Assembly (NCBI GenBank): GCA_030295235.1
Contig: AP026134.1
Span: forward strand, 1,116,001-1,180,000
Reading direction: 5' to 3'
Source of the DNA: Fistulifera solaris
Lineage: Eukaryota
Length of the DNA: 64,000 bases
In this document: one piece after another, positions 34,017-47,065 of the stretch
How positions within the stretch are numbered: position 1 is the first letter of the stretch
How the letters are laid out: every line of letters begins with the position of its first letter
Translations under genes and position numbers: made by a program
The notes under the pieces: generated by a model
The model's database searches: none
Told to the model about the DNA's origin: nothing
Seen by the model: the letters and a program-made list of their open reading frames with translations, nothing else

Positions 34017-35556
34017 TCAGGCGCTCTTCTTTCCTTGATGGAGCGTACCCTGCTCGTGACGCATTTTCCGCAGCGCAGTTGAGCTCATTCCCTGGGCTTC
34101 TGTTCTCCTTGTACATAATAACTTCATGGGAGGTAAACCTAATTTTTCCTGTCGGTACTTATTCATTTGATAGCCTGTTTGGAGAGTTTCATGCGACAGG
34201 ACTAAAGCATCGAATATGTTAACTTTTGGATCATCCGAACAGGGAGGACCGAACGGATCCGACAACGTGACGATCTGCACACGATTCATCATTCCTGGAG
34301 CTAACCTATGCAGGAAGCGACGCACACCTTCGCGGCGTTCTTCCAGAGACGGCATATACTCGGCAAATCGCTTTTTTGTGAGCATTTCGTCAGCTGTCAC
34401 ACCGATTAGTAAGCGTCCAGTCAGAGGGTTGACAGATGAGACCGCAAGCGTCAACAATTTACGGTGGCCAAAGTGCAAGCCGTCAAACGTTCCTCCGACG
34501 CAGACGGAATCAAAAAGCAGTTGTTGATTCAATGGGATCCGCGCACCGCTAAGTAGAACTCCACTACTTGTTTGTTTTCCATCCATATCACATTCTTCCT
34601 CCTCATCGCAAATAGTCCCGCTTTGTATTCCCTGTTTCTCTCGCAAAGCTCTCCAAAGGGGGAGACGATTGGATATCGTCTGGATCGTCGTCCACAAAGA
34701 TGACTGCCTCTTCCTCGAGCATTTTGGGAAATTCATCCACCGGAATAATCTTTATAGGCGGTAGGTGGCGCTGTTTACGCTCGCTGTTTATCGCTCGTGC
34801 ATGAGCCTCGAGTCCCCCTACCCCTTCCTGCGTCTGAAACATTTTACCACGTCCCGTTGCGCCCTCGGAAACCCAACCAGTGAGGGTATCATGGGAACAT
34901 ATCGCATCTAAATCCGGCTGAATCTCTAACCATGACTCTGGTGCAGTATTGGGCAGATTTTGCGGATAAACAACGACGTCCGGCAGTTTCGCTCGGGGGC
35001 TTTCGTCGTACATAACGCAGTCCCAGGTTTGCGAGTAAATCTCTCCCACATATCGACGAAGACGAGCAAGTGATGGCGGTCGCTCACTCTCGCAACGTAG
35101 AACGATCGACAGTTTGTCTGTCTTCGGTAAGACAGCATTGATTATTTTCTCATTGGCAATACGGTCAAGGCTGGTGTAAGGCATCGCCAGAATGGCAATC
35201 CCGTGCTTAAAGGGTTTCTTCGATAATCCGTTGGCATCACTGCCCGCAGATTTTTCTGAATTTTCATACAGTGTAGCGCCAAGAATTCGGCAAGAAGGTT
35301 TCGTTTGCAGCCTCTCGTGAATCTGATCATTTGTCTTCGCTGAACGCACTTGTATCCACGCAGTTACGGCCGAGGCATGAAAAGAACAGTTGTTAAGCCA
35401 AGTAAATGTTTCATTGTCAAAGGTTATCGGATAAATTTCCGTCGATCTTCCCGCTATTTAGCTTGCAATAATTGCTCATAAATTTGGGCGTGTTATGATT
35501 GTGTTGTTGTTATGGTTTGTTTCAAGATATTGCTTGATGCTGCCCATCGTTGTCAT
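34017..35556 (-). CDS. Phosphopantetheine adenylyltransferase (CoaD/PPAT-like nucleotidyltransferase) with long N-terminal extension; frameshifted, start uncertain
   Basis: VCVGGTFDGLHFGHRKLL, LLIGVTADEML..K, LSDPFGP, ALVLSHET..G..N..R and MSSTALRK. Upstream ORF 34603..35349 overlaps in another frame, and protein-like sequence extends to ATG 35556 across further homopolymer indels. Confidence 0.8.
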
Positions 35557-35768
35557 CGTGTTGTTGAAGCGTCGAGTTGATCGCGTCACCTTCGTTTTGC
35601 TGGGAGAGAAGTACTGTCAACACCAACAAGGATATTAATTGGTACCACTACGATACAAACACGTGAATAGAGAAATAATTTAAGTAAAAAGGCCATCATC
35701 TCGATGAAGACACGTGCTTGTGACTAATTTACTACGATGCAACCATTTTCAGTCCTCGAGGAGTCCTT

Positions 35769-37698
35769 TCAAATACCAAGCTCTTTCAGCTGTTTCAGGA
35801 TCTCGTCTTCACTCTGGATCTTCTTCTTCTGGGCATCGTTGAGAGACGAAGGGTCTTTTGCTTTCAAATCATCAATCTGCTTCAGTAACTTCTTTAGTTT
35901 CCGTGTCAGTTTCTCTGGATCGAGCTGTTCCTGTGACTCATCAGCTTGAACGGCACTTTGAATAGCAGCCACCGCCTGCTCCTCCGATTGCTTCTTGATC
36001 TTTGCTTTCTCGCGACGCTGCGCGGATTTGCTCTTCGTAGAAGGCGCTAAGCCTACTACAGTAGGTGTAGCCCTCTTGATAGCATCCATTCTAGTAACCT
36101 TCGCGGCGCCCTGCATAGTTCCTTCTTTCTCTTTGCGCAAGCGTTCCGCTAAACTTGTTCCGCCGCCGACGCGGTTCCTCGCAGAAGGTGGGACATATTT
36201 CCCCGATGAAGATGCAAATACGGGAGCTGAAGAGTGCTGATTGATAACTACTTTGTCTGGTGGAGGTGTGTGAGGACGATCAGGATACTGGGTCAAAGGC
36301 GCGGGTACAAAAGTAGCTTCGAGGAGCTTGTCGGGCTCATACTGACTCTTCGACCATGGTAAATTATCCACCAGTTGCTCTCCCGCATAAGTGTAGATAC
36401 GAACACGATTTTCTACGTTCATTCGCGGAGTACATGTGCTTGCGGCGAACAGGCGGCTATCAGGAGACCATCCGTATCCTGTCGTCGTCTCTGCTTTTAA
36501 ATTCCCATTGGCGTTCAACTGAGCAGTGTTGGTGGCACCTGCGCTGATCAGCTTTCCTTTGTTACGATCCCACAGACCCATACCTCCAGCAAGATTTCCG
36601 AAACCCGCCAAGCATAAGAAGCGACCGTGTGGAGACCAGCTCACAGTGTTTCTGTGGGCGTGTCCGAATTTGAAGAGAGGCTCACCAGTCAAACCGTTGT
36701 GAAGCGTGGCCATTGATGGCATGCGGCCTGCGACAACAGCAAAGCAATGAGGTGGCTTTGACGGGTTTGGCATCCATCCAACATCTAACACAGGTCCTTC
36801 CTGATCCAAGGGAACCGTCACAACTTCTTTGTTCGCGAAATTCAATAAAAATAACTGCGACGAACCGTAGTAAGACTGTCCTGACACATCGACAGCGGTC
36901 TGTAGAACAATCAAAGCAGCATCATTGGTGGGATTCCATAACGTTTTCATTTCTTCCGCTTGAAACAAGGATTTCAATAACAGCGCTGGATATTGACCCC
37001 CACCACTATTCGTTTTCCCTGGAGTGTACGCATGCAAACTTGCCCGTCCTGGTTTGTTCTTTGTAGCTGGTACAAACGACGTGAAGTAATAGAGTGCCAT
37101 GTTTTGCAAAGGTTTTGTCTGAGGAAGGCTAAGAATTGTAATACCTTCGACTTTCAGTACATCTTGGTACCTCGCTTCCCCTCCATTTGCTTCTAGAATG
37201 CTTGCGGCAGAATACACGAGCACTTGATTGGCAGTTGTCATCGCCATGGCACACCTTTCATCTGCCGTCCATTGCACGTTAGGCCAAGCGTCCCGACGCA
37301 AGTTTTTCAAAGCCCATCCAGCTAAAAGCTTTCCATCTGCTGCATTCCAGCATTGTAGATTGAGAGGACAAGTTTCTGCGTTAAATCGTTGCCAAGTCAA
37401 CAAATAGGTACCAGAAGGCGACATATGAAGCATTTGTACACCGACAGTATTTGGCAAGCAGAAAGCCTGTTTCTGGTCGGCCAGCGTGTACTTTGTAATT
37501 CCTTTTCCTGTAATGTGAATGTACGCAGCGGAACCGTCAGGAGCACATTGATGCAATGACGTCAAGCCTTTGACGAGAAAAGGATCCTCAAGCTGCGGCG
37601 GCGTGGCATCTCCAGGACGTTCCGGTACAGTGTATAGTTCAACTCCTGCTTTCGATCTTATCAGAATCCGACAAGGGGGGATTGCTGGAAGTCGACAT
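35769..37698 (-). CDS. eIF2A: Eukaryotic translation initiation factor 2A
   Basis: SLFQAEEM, TAVDVSGQSYYG, EGPVLDVGW, GRMPS, RNTVSWSPHGR..LAGFGNLAG, WSPDSR, PRMNVEN, YVPPSAR and C-terminal KLKKLLKQIDDLK. The N-terminus from ATG 37698 needs one indel in the G6 run at 37675-37680. Confidence 0.93.
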
Positions 37699-38611
37699 TT
37701 CTTTTTAACGAGGACACTAATACGGTCACTTCAATACTGGCGTCCAAAAAGTCTTGAAATTGCCGTAACCCACAATTTCTCTACCTCTTTTCAGCGATTG
37801 AAAGCGTTCGAAGCAATTGGTTAGAGAAAGACGAAGGGAGATGCGACGTGCAAACACAGGACACAATGCATTTGAACTTGTTTGTCGTCAATGGTGAGAT
37901 TATACATTGGGGATTGGGGGTGGTGGTGCGCGGAGCCAGAGTACAGAGGAAAAACGTGTTACAATCCAGTATACAGTACGCGGTACGTGATTCAGATAAT
38001 CGTCACGTGCAGGTCTGAGTAATTTTGTCATGGAAATCAGTCCCGCTTCTTGAAATTTGAACGGCCACAAAGTCAGGCAGCCGGACGAACAGCAAACCAA
38101 CTGAAAACCCGATCCCGAACCTAGAATGAAATCCATTTCAACAGTGAACGGATGAAAAGGAACGCATAGTAAAGTCCAAATCGAATCCGATGGATCAATC
38201 GTGAGAGGTGTCTTTGCGAAGTTATCGGGTACCAGGTAGACAAACAGTTCGGCTCTCTGCTTCGTTCTGAGTGCGCGACGTGCTCGGTTCGGTGGCGTCT
38301 TTTTCTTGACGCCATAATCCGCCATCGACTAACTATTCGATCAACTTTTGAAGTTCATTGTGAACTGCTGCCCACCACTACAACGATAACTAACGAAGAA
38401 TGTTTTAATAAATTATGACTTTAAAAGAATTATGAAGCTACATAAACTGAAAGTAAAAAATCCATTTCCAAGATTCGAATCATAAGATTTGCGTTCAGCT
38501 TGGTGAATCACAATTCGTTTCATTTATTGTCTCGTCCGATATCGGTGACGCATACAAACGGACCTTCACAGGTTTAGCGTGTCAAAGAACGAAATCATCG
38601 AGGCTCGTCAA

Positions 38612-38920
38612 TCACAAAATTCCTCTTTGCGGTTCTGTTTTTTCAAAGGCTTCGCCATCGTTGCTTAGTGAGCAGGTAGATTGTGATAGTTGCATATTAT
38701 GGATCGAATCGGACCGATTGACATATTCCAAAAGTAAACGCCGTTTCGCTCGGCGTAGACGTCTTGCCAAATCAATCTGGTTATGGTGGAGCACTTGCCG
38801 TTGAGGATCGACAAGGTAGCAGTTGTGTCGGCTTTGTAGTTTTGCCACCACATCTTCGTTCTGAAGGGCAGTATGAGAAAGTTGATGAGCTGATTTACTG
38901 GTAGCTGTGGGTCGTTTCAT
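38612..38920 (-). CDS. Small hypothetical protein (102 aa)
   Basis: ATG-initiated ORF in an otherwise empty interval, with an amphipathic basic helix (LARRLRRAKRRLLLEY). No family recognised. Confidence 0.35.
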   Translation of the reverse strand: MKRPTATSKSAHQLSHTALQNEDVVAKLQSRHNCYLVDPQRQVLHHNQIDLARRLRRAKRRLLLEYVNRSDSIHNMQLSQSTCSLSNDGEAFEKTEPQRGIL

Positions 38921-39526
38921 GTTGATTAATAAGAAGAGTGAATGAAATGAATGGCAAGATTAAAAAGTGAAAAGGAAAAAAATTGGTGAAGCGCAATCTT
39001 GCATTGTGTGATGAGTGTTGAGTAATGAGTGATGATTGAAGAAAGCGACTTCTCAAATTCGATGATGATTCGCACTCACAACACGAGTGTCTTCATCAGT
39101 CACTCTAACAAAGTGTACTCCGTGAAGGCTTGTTTTTGCACGCTGAGAAGTCGATCGAATTCCGAAGAACAAGAACGTCGCTTTGATGTTGTGAATGAAA
39201 TTCTTAAGCTATTTACGGACTATGATCTGATCTCTTGTATTGACGGATGAAAGAGGTGCTAAGCTATCGCCTACAAACGTTATAAGACGAAATGCAATCT
39301 ATTGGTGGAAATAGATACCAAATAAGTGTATGCACTTTTGAATGCTAATTTGAAAGGGATCGATTGGTTTCCTTAAGGGCATGCCATCGTTTAAAACAGT
39401 GAAGTACCCGTTATCATGCAGGAATTTCGTATCATCGCATCGAGGATCTAACTTTACCACGTTAAGCTCCAAAATGAAGTTATTTAAATGAGGTATTAGC
39501 ACTTAGACATTTGACATGGCCAAAGT

Positions 39527-40611
39527 TCATTCTTCAATAGAGTACGACTCCTTTAACTGAATTCGAAATGATAAAATTTGGCGTAATACATCGTTTCTTT
39601 CTTCAGAGTTTTCATTGAGTAGCTTTAGCATAGTTCGGTCGTCCTCTAAGGAGGTGGTCCAGTCAGATGGATTCGCTAAACAATCGTCTCCGCCTTTCTT
39701 GAGCATAAACCGATCCAGTTGATTTCCCGGAGCAACGAACCCGTAATTTAATAGTAGCTCGACAGATGAGGCGACTCCGGAGCCGTATCCAATTGTGATT
39801 TCGGTCCCTTTTGGAATGGGTCTCGTACTCGTCAGACAGAAAAAAGCTTCGTCTTTCTCGGGGTCCAGAAGCGTCAGCTTTGCATTTGGCTTTGAGCTAT
39901 GGTTTGCTATATCGATGAAAGGGACCATAACAGGAAGGACTCTGGTTGCTGCTTTTGTGATCACCTGTCCTCGGTCATCGTACGCTGTTTCTTGGTTGTC
40001 GTCTGCGATCGGAATCAGAAAAGCACGAGACGTCACGAGCCAAGTGGCGAGCTTCAAGTCGTCCAACGGAATGATTTCTCTTCGGGCCAACTCTTCAATC
40101 TGATCACGGCGCTTTTTCGCTTGTTTGACCAGGCGGGGGAACTCTAGCAGATCAATTTCGCTATCCGACCAAAGGTTAGGTGTTGTGCTACTTTCTATTA
40201 CGCGAGATGGAAGACTTTGCAGGTAGTCCTTCCACCATTCGTCGGATTTCGTGTAGTATTGTCGATAAAAACTGAGACCATACTCTGCAACATTGTCTTC
40301 ATCCGACGATGCGACCTTTTGTGGATCCAATAGGGCGAGAGCAATATCCGACGGGATTTTGCAGATCAAAGCATCACTCTTTCCGAAAGATTTCGCTGCA
40401 AATAAACCTCGTTGACCGTTCGAATCGATACCAATATCGACGTTCTGAATGTTAGCCTTCTTAAACTTCAAAAGTTTGTTAGTGCATCCTCAGTCACTGT
40501 GTACGATGCAGTCCTCTTTGTTGTGCCAAAGCCTTTCGCTTGCGAACTGAAAGCAAAACAGCTTTCAGCTACCAAGAAAGTTACTGAGATCAACGACTGT
40601 GTCACTCTCAT
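39527..40611 (-). CDS. SET-domain lysine methyltransferase (Rubisco LSMT-like), plastid-targeted; frameshift near N-terminus
   Basis: GQRGLFA, WWKDYLQSLP, PNLWSDSEIDLL, WLVTSRAF, MVPFIDIANHS and GTEITIGYG...LLLNYGFV. Presequence MRVTQSLISVTFLVAESCFA-FSS from ATG 40611, with an indel ~40475. Confidence 0.88.
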
Positions 40612-41178
40612 ATTTGGCTTATGTTAGCTTTCGTTGAAGATTGATTATCACCTTGTCAATCAATAGAACAGAGTACACAAGGTAGAAAAGCCATCAACGA
40701 TCGAACGCGATGAGAGATGGGCGGCAGAAAATATAATGAGATGATGACGATGGAACGTCATCGTCTGTTCCTCTGTCGTAATGTTAACGTTCCTAAAATA
40801 GTATGACCCAAAGTGTTGTCTTGACTCACCATGGCCCATGGGCCCCATCGGTTAATGTGACCACACCATTTTTCAGATCTTTTGTGCTTTAATGCTACTC
40901 CGTATCATTTATTATCAGCGCTAATATCGCGTGCCAACAAACGATATCCGACTTCGAATGGACCACAATACGTCAAAAATGTAGAAGATGCAACGCTTCG
41001 AATATCTACGTAGACGACTGAGAGGGCACCCGGATCGTGTCCATGATTAAAATTATTTAGTCGTGAGTTATAGCCCCGCACTATATTATTGTCTTCCGAC
41101 TTCCGATGCGATTGAAGGCATTTTTTGATCATGACAACAAGCTGCAGTTGTGTTCTATTTTTTTATTGACAAAATATT

Positions 41179-42939
41179 ATGGGATGGTTTGATGACGATG
41201 ATGACGATGAAACGGAAGACGTGAAAACGAAACCTGTCGACACGGCGATTGATAGTGAAGAAGACCCACTGGACGCGTACATGCTATCACTGCAGCCAGA
41301 ACCGAAAAATGCTTCTTCCGTAAATGATCGACTCGACCTTGTAAACGAAGAAGAGGCTACCGACCACTGGGAAGCAGTATCAAAGAATTATCTTGAATCA
41401 TCGGAAAGAACAACTTTGTATCAGCAATCAAACGAAGGTCGCGTTGCAAGGGATTCGTTGAACACGAAATTCACAAAGGCACGTGAAAACGTGTTCGCAT
41501 TAGAGCCGAGCAAAAAGCCTCCCCGAGACCCCACACAGAGCGTATCACTTTTGGCAAATTGGACGAAGAACTCCTCTACGGGAAAGAGTTGGCGCGATGA
41601 ATATCACGTCAAACTTAGACAGATTCACACTCGCCAAGAAAATCCATGTCTCTATGATCCAGTCCGATTATTTGAAGAGCTACGAGAAACACTTCCGGAA
41701 AATCTGTTGGCTTCCATTTTACAACAATTTACGCAACCTACTCCGGTTCAATCGCAGTCGCTACCGTATTTGCTGAGCGGAGACGATTTATTGGTGACTG
41801 CCAGCACCGGTGTTGGAAAAACGGTTGCTTTTCTGATTCCTGCTTTGGTATGTCTTGCCCATCAGCAGCCGCTAGCCAGCGACGAAACAGGGCCGCTTGT
41901 ACTTATCATTGCGCCTACACGCGAGCTGGCCACCCAGATTCAACGTGTCGCCAAGTCATTGTCTCCCAACACAAAAAGTCGTGCGATAATTGGAGGTATC
42001 GGCAAATATTTGTTGCGACAAGAGCTCAAGAAGACGGGAGGAGTCGAATTAGTAGTCGCAACGCCTGGTCGATTGCTAGATGTCGTATCGGATACGAAGG
42101 GCCTGAGCCTGGACCGTGTGGTCTTTACAGTTTTGGACGAGGCGGATAAGCTGTTACAAATGGGTTTTGAAGCTCAAGTGAGACAAATTCTTTCCAACGT
42201 ACGAGGTCAGATATGCATGTTCTCTGCTACTTTTTCGAGACGGATGGAACAAGTAGCACAGGAATGGTTGCTGCCCTCTGCTGTGCGTATTGAAGTCGGC
42301 AGAACGGGGCAGTCAACGCAGCACGTGGTCCAGCATTGCATGATATTACCGGATGAAGCGGCGAAAGAGGCTTTTGTGCTCGAATTGTTACCGACGCTTG
42401 TACAGGTAGGTCGAACGCTTATTTTCGTCGCCACAAAGGATGGCTGCGAGGCCCTTGCGCGGCAATTGTCCAAAGGGAACGTTGCAGTCGACACTTTGCA
42501 CGGTGACAAGCATCAAACGAACAGAAATTCAGCTCTTCGGGCTTTTACGAAAGATGAAATCAGAGTTCTGGTGGCTACGGACGTGGCATCACGCGGGTTG
42601 GACATTCCACATGTTGCGACTGTCGTTCAGTTTGATCCAGCGAAGAATTTGGATGCGCATGTTCATCGAGTAGGGCGTGCCGGGAGATTGTCGGAAGAGG
42701 AGCAGGCGACGGGAACTTGCTACACTTTATTAACTCCCAAAGACTCGAATATTGCTGGAGTTATTTGTGCGTCATGGGAACGTGAAGGTCGACCCGTTCC
42801 GGCCGATTTGAAGGCGCTGTCGCAAAATGGTCGACGGATCAATCCTCCTATACAACAAACAAAGGCATCAAGACAAGCTGGTCTAGGATGGAAGAAAGAT
42901 GACGTTGCACCACCGCTGAAAAGAAGCAGATGGTCGTAG
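41179..42939 (+). CDS. DEAD-box RNA helicase, DDX42-like
   Basis: EEDPLDAYM N-terminal motif, Q motif PTPVQ, ASTGVGKT, PTRELA, TPGRL, DEAD, SAT, HGDK.Q..R, DVASRGLD and HVHRVGRAGR. Confidence 0.92.
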   Translation: MGWFDDDDDDETEDVKTKPVDTAIDSEEDPLDAYMLSLQPEPKNASSVNDRLDLVNEEEATDHWEAVSKNYLESSERTTLYQQSNEGRVARDSLNTKFTKARENVFALEPSKKPPRDPTQSVSLLANWTKNSSTGKSWRDEYHVKLRQIHTRQENPCLYDPVRLFEELRETLPENLLASILQQFTQPTPVQSQSLPYLLSGDDLLVTASTGVGKTVAFLIPALVCLAHQQPLASDETGPLVLIIAPTRELATQIQRVAKSLSPNTKSRAIIGGIGKYLLRQELKKTGGVELVVATPGRLLDVVSDTKGLSLDRVVFTVLDEADKLLQMGFEAQVRQILSNVRGQICMFSATFSRRMEQVAQEWLLPSAVRIEVGRTGQSTQHVVQHCMILPDEAAKEAFVLELLPTLVQVGRTLIFVATKDGCEALARQLSKGNVAVDTLHGDKHQTNRNSALRAFTKDEIRVLVATDVASRGLDIPHVATVVQFDPAKNLDAHVHRVGRAGRLSEEEQATGTCYTLLTPKDSNIAGVICASWEREGRPVPADLKALSQNGRRINPPIQQTKASRQAGLGWKKDDVAPPLKRSRWS

Positions 42940-43103
42940 CATTGACAAAGTCATTGGTCGCTTCTGTGTTAAATCGACTTCACTAAATAAATGAAATGTA
43001 TACTACCCCGTATTGCTTAACTGTCTAAATCGCCGTTCTGCGTTTTGCCTAATTGGATAATAAGCGTGAGTCGAGACTATTGTCAGACAATGACATCCTT
43101 TTC

Positions 43104-44236
43104 CTAAACCTCTTCTTTGTTTCGAGGAGCAATGTCTGGCAAGAAACTGTTAGCTAGCAAATCCCCGGAAGACTGAGGTAGTAAGCTACTCGCGTTAATT
43201 GAGGCCTGTGTTGATGCGGGTGGTAGAGCAAAATTTCGACCGGATGCAATCCCTTGAAGCAAATGTGCTGCACCATGTACACTTTGCATACCAGGAGAGA
43301 TTTCGTTTCGCGCCCCCAGCACAAATCCGTGGCTTGGTCTGTTCTGCGGCTCTCCTATTACGGGAGCGTTGAATTGCAGCGGTTCGGTGGAAGATTTTAT
43401 AGGCGGAACGACTGTCAGTGCACCTGATGCAAATGTATTTGTCCCTAAAGTCGGTGCAGGATCGATGGAAGGCATTTCGTAAAAATTAGGCTCGGAGCTA
43501 GCATCGGCCGGTTGCTTGTGACCTGTGCCTTTTACTTTCTGGCGGGTCATCCGTTGACAGAGTCCTATCCTACCTCGCAGAAACATTTCGTGATAGTACG
43601 CTCCGGCGTCGGGTCCTTGTGTAATGCGTCGAAAGCCATACAAGTTGAGCTGCCTTTGAAAACTCGTGAGCTTCGACTGCTTAAAGAACATTGGCATTAT
43701 CTCTGCAGTGAACTCCTTTGGCTTCTGCACTAAAAATGCTCTTCCGTGTTCAAGCCAAAAGACAATACGCCGACTATCTTCCTCGACTGCTTCCAACATT
43801 TCATGCAGCTTTTCTGGAAATGGTTGCGTGACACCCCCGTTTTCTTCCGAACGTATCCGATGGCATCCGGTATGTTACTATAGTCGTGGTAGATGTGTGG
43901 TACGCCCCGCTTGGATCCGGACGAAAAGCTTCTTTGATCTGACTTATCGCAGCTATTATCCAAGTGCCAATCGGTGTGTCCCTCCAGTTGACGAGCATGG
44001 ACGCTCCATCCACTTGGTGGCGTGACCAAAGGCGACGGAGGAAGTCGTGACCGCCTTTCATCGGAGCTACTACCGACAGATAATGCAGGTTTTGGGGAAT
44101 AAAAATTGGTGCGATTGGAAGTATTCAAACCGACGTGACCGTTAGATTGTCCGGCATACTCCAAAATAGAAGACATTTCAGCGTCCTGCTGTGATGGAAA
44201 GGCTTGCGCGGATGACGAAGCAGAGGAAGCCGACAT
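43104..44236 (-). CDS. Heat shock transcription factor (HSF DNA-binding domain); frameshifted
   Basis: HIYHDYS...RKK.GGVTQPFPEKLHEML spans an indel at ~43840. Then IVFWLEHGRAFLV.KP..F...MP.FFKQSKLTSFQRQLNLYGFRR...AYYHEMFLRG. Confidence 0.92.
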
Positions 44237-44864
44237 GCTGCGCTCTAATCGAAAGTTTCAACGATTGCTTAGAAGAGTTTTTTGTAATGAGTGAAATCGC
44301 TTTCGGAAGATCCCTCCGTATCGACCATGAAAGGTTTTTGATGGGCTTAGCTGTCTGATGTTCCGGTGGCTCTCGCCTGAGTATAAGAAGAACTCAAATA
44401 TATGATGAAATGAGAACAATGGGCTTTATCTTTTGTCCATGGCCGTGCGAACCCTGCAGTTTGTCTTGGTGGGTTCCGAAGTTTTTGCTTCGAAAGTTGT
44501 CAAATTATTTTGATGGCTTCACGCGTCACGGTTCTCATTCTGGATCATGAGGAAATTCGCGGTACGGTACCCGACACTCTCTAGCGATTCGTGTACAAAG
44601 TAAGGTTACAATCTACAATCTGTTTTGCACCTTTCTGCTCCTACATCTGCTCCAATTCCTCCTTCTGTACAAAATGATGTCATTCTGGTTTCTACCTTCC
44701 ATAGTTTAGTGCGACTTTGTACGCCTGTACGACATTGGCGAATCTTCTGAAATAATGTTCCAGTACGTACAAAGTAGTACTTGATACCTGGTATCGCCTC
44801 ACGCATCTCGCGAAAAAGGATGAATGAATGAACACAAACGCCATGATGCGAATGAGTCAACGTA

Positions 44865-46527
44865 TTGGCTGACCTTGCGGAATATCATCGAGAACCACAG
44901 CCATTTGGACCAACATATGAAAGCATGTCTTTTCAAAAGGAAACACTAGTTCCTCTGGTCGACGATAGTGATCATGATGCAAAGAATCTTTACCCCAGCG
45001 ACGACGATTTTGACGATGAAGGCCTCGCTGATATGATGCCAGAACAGCGCTTTGAAGCGCGTATGGCAGAACGATTATCGGTTCGTTTATTAGCGATTTC
45101 AGATGACGACGAGGGAGGGGTATCACAGAGAACTGCGGAAATCTCTTCGTTTGCTGCGTGTGAGTTCTTCTGGTGACTTAGAGTCGAAGCCATCTGCTAC
45201 TGCGTTATTTGTTGACAAGGACTTTGATTTCATAACACTAGCACGTCGACACCTCTGGATAATGATATTGATTGCTGTTGTTGGGTTGTTTATCGTGGGG
45301 AGTGTTCTATGGTGGGGCGTTCGGTTACTAGGTCCTCCATATCAACCAGCAGGGCCGTATGAATTGATTGAACGACAAGAAGGTGAAGATTTCTTCCAGT
45401 ACTATACGTTCTATGAGGGAAAGGATTCGGCTGGCTCGGATGGGTATAATATGTATGTGAATATGCAGAAAGCGAAGGATATCGGTATTGTCAATGTCAC
45501 AATGGAAAGCGACGAGTTGGATGTCTATCAATTTGGGGGTGAGACGGATGTACAGAAAGGAAACAAGGACGAGCCCTTCGTGTACATGCTATCGGCGCCC
45601 ACGCCGGAGGGTCCACGAGACTCGATCCGACTAGAAGGAATCCGGCGTTTCAATCGTGGTCTCTTCATGTAAGTGTCGTACCGAGTAGGCTAGCCTATGT
45701 CGATGGCCTCAATCTCACTTTGGTTATCTCTCTCAAGAATCGATGTACGACACATGCCTACAGGATGTGGAGTTTGGCCGGCTTTTGGTTGACCGATGAA
45801 GCAAATTGGCCGGTGAACGGTGAAATAGATATTGTTGAAGGTGTAAATTATCAATCAGAAGCAAAGACGGCGCTGCATTCGACGAAGGGGTGCTCGATGA
45901 CAGATATTCCATTAGGAGTGATGACAGGCACGTGGGATACTGCACAGGGGATTCCTGATGCAAAGACAGGCATTCCTGATATGACTCTTCGATACGCACG
46001 TAACTGTTTCGTTTATGATCAACATCAATGGCTGAATCAGGGATGTGTCGCTGTCGACCAACAAGGCGGAACACTAGGCGGGCCGCTGAATGAAAAAGGC
46101 GGAGGAGTATATGCACTAGAATGGGACCCTATCAATCGCCACATACGTAGCTGGGTTTTTACTCCTCACAGCACTGTTCCAGAAAACCTTGTACAAGCTA
46201 TTCGAACCGCCAGTCTTCCCCCCTGAAGACCGGATAGATCCAGATCCTTCTTTGTGGCCTATTCCGTACGCATATTACGCAATTGGGGATGAAACTGACT
46301 GTCCATCTTCTCATTTCCGTCACATGAGATTGGTGTTTAACACTGCTTTTTGTGGGAGCGTCGCAGGAAACCGATACCAAATGGACTGTCCGAAACAGGC
46401 CAAGGATTTTCCAACTTGCAATGCGTGGGTAAAGAGCGATCCAGACGAAATGAAAGATGCGTATTGGAAAGTTCGTGGTGTTTACGTTTATGAGCGGAGA
46501 TGGGAACGAAGGCTGACAAACTATTAG
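44865..46527 (+). CDS. GH16 endo-1,3(4)-beta-glucanase (laminarinase-like) with N-terminal TM anchor; one intron, several indels
   Basis: TM LWIMILIAVVGLFIVGSVLWW, RDSIRLE...FNRGLFI|IDVRHMPTGCGVWPAFW (intron 45669-45737), WPVNGEIDIVEGVN (ExDxxE), GGGVYALEW, LVFNTAFCG and DAYWKVRGVYVY. Start uncertain. Confidence 0.88.
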
Positions 46528-47065
46528 CAGACCTTTGCTATATCCGGATGTGCCTGGCTCGCCGATGTAAAAATGTAGCCCCCTAAGGTTATCATGGTGT
46601 CAACGTATCGGGATTATAGACGTATTGATGTAAGCAGTGAACTAGTTGCAAATTAACTTGTGACGGGACCAACCGTCCCCACCTTACATCTCGCCACGTG
46701 CAGCAGGGACGACACTAAAGCATTTAATCCGTTTCATCTTGGGTAAAACACAACGTCAGTGTGCTTTGCCGTAAGGTTAACTAGGAGCAGTGTTTGGTCT
46801 TACGCAAGCCTTGCTTGAAATGTGATTGATACGATGATTGTTACGAATGGCGCGCCATGGTGTCGGATCTTCGAAAGAAAATTTTTACGGAAAATGCAGT
46901 ATAAATTTTACATACGCATGTCTCGTACAAAATTTTACGCGATGCAAAAACTCATAGCGATGTGGCCGATTATTTTCAAAGCAATCATGATCATAAGTTT
47001 GTCGACCTTGACTTCTACTGCAAATTCTGAAAGCTTCACTTTTCATTTCCCATCAACCTTTTACC

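Noticed and set aside
37900..38325. 141-aa minus-strand ATG ORF upstream of eIF2A
   Set aside because: No recognisable motif and unconvincing composition. It may be a real or frameshifted gene, but I cannot support it.
39027..39105. Imperfect inverted repeat (GAGTGATGATTGAAGA / TCTTCATCAGTCACTC) with C-box-like GTGATGA, possible snoRNA
   Set aside because: It lies in a TGA/GAT-rich low-complexity promoter region. No properly placed D box with terminal stem or rRNA guide could be verified.
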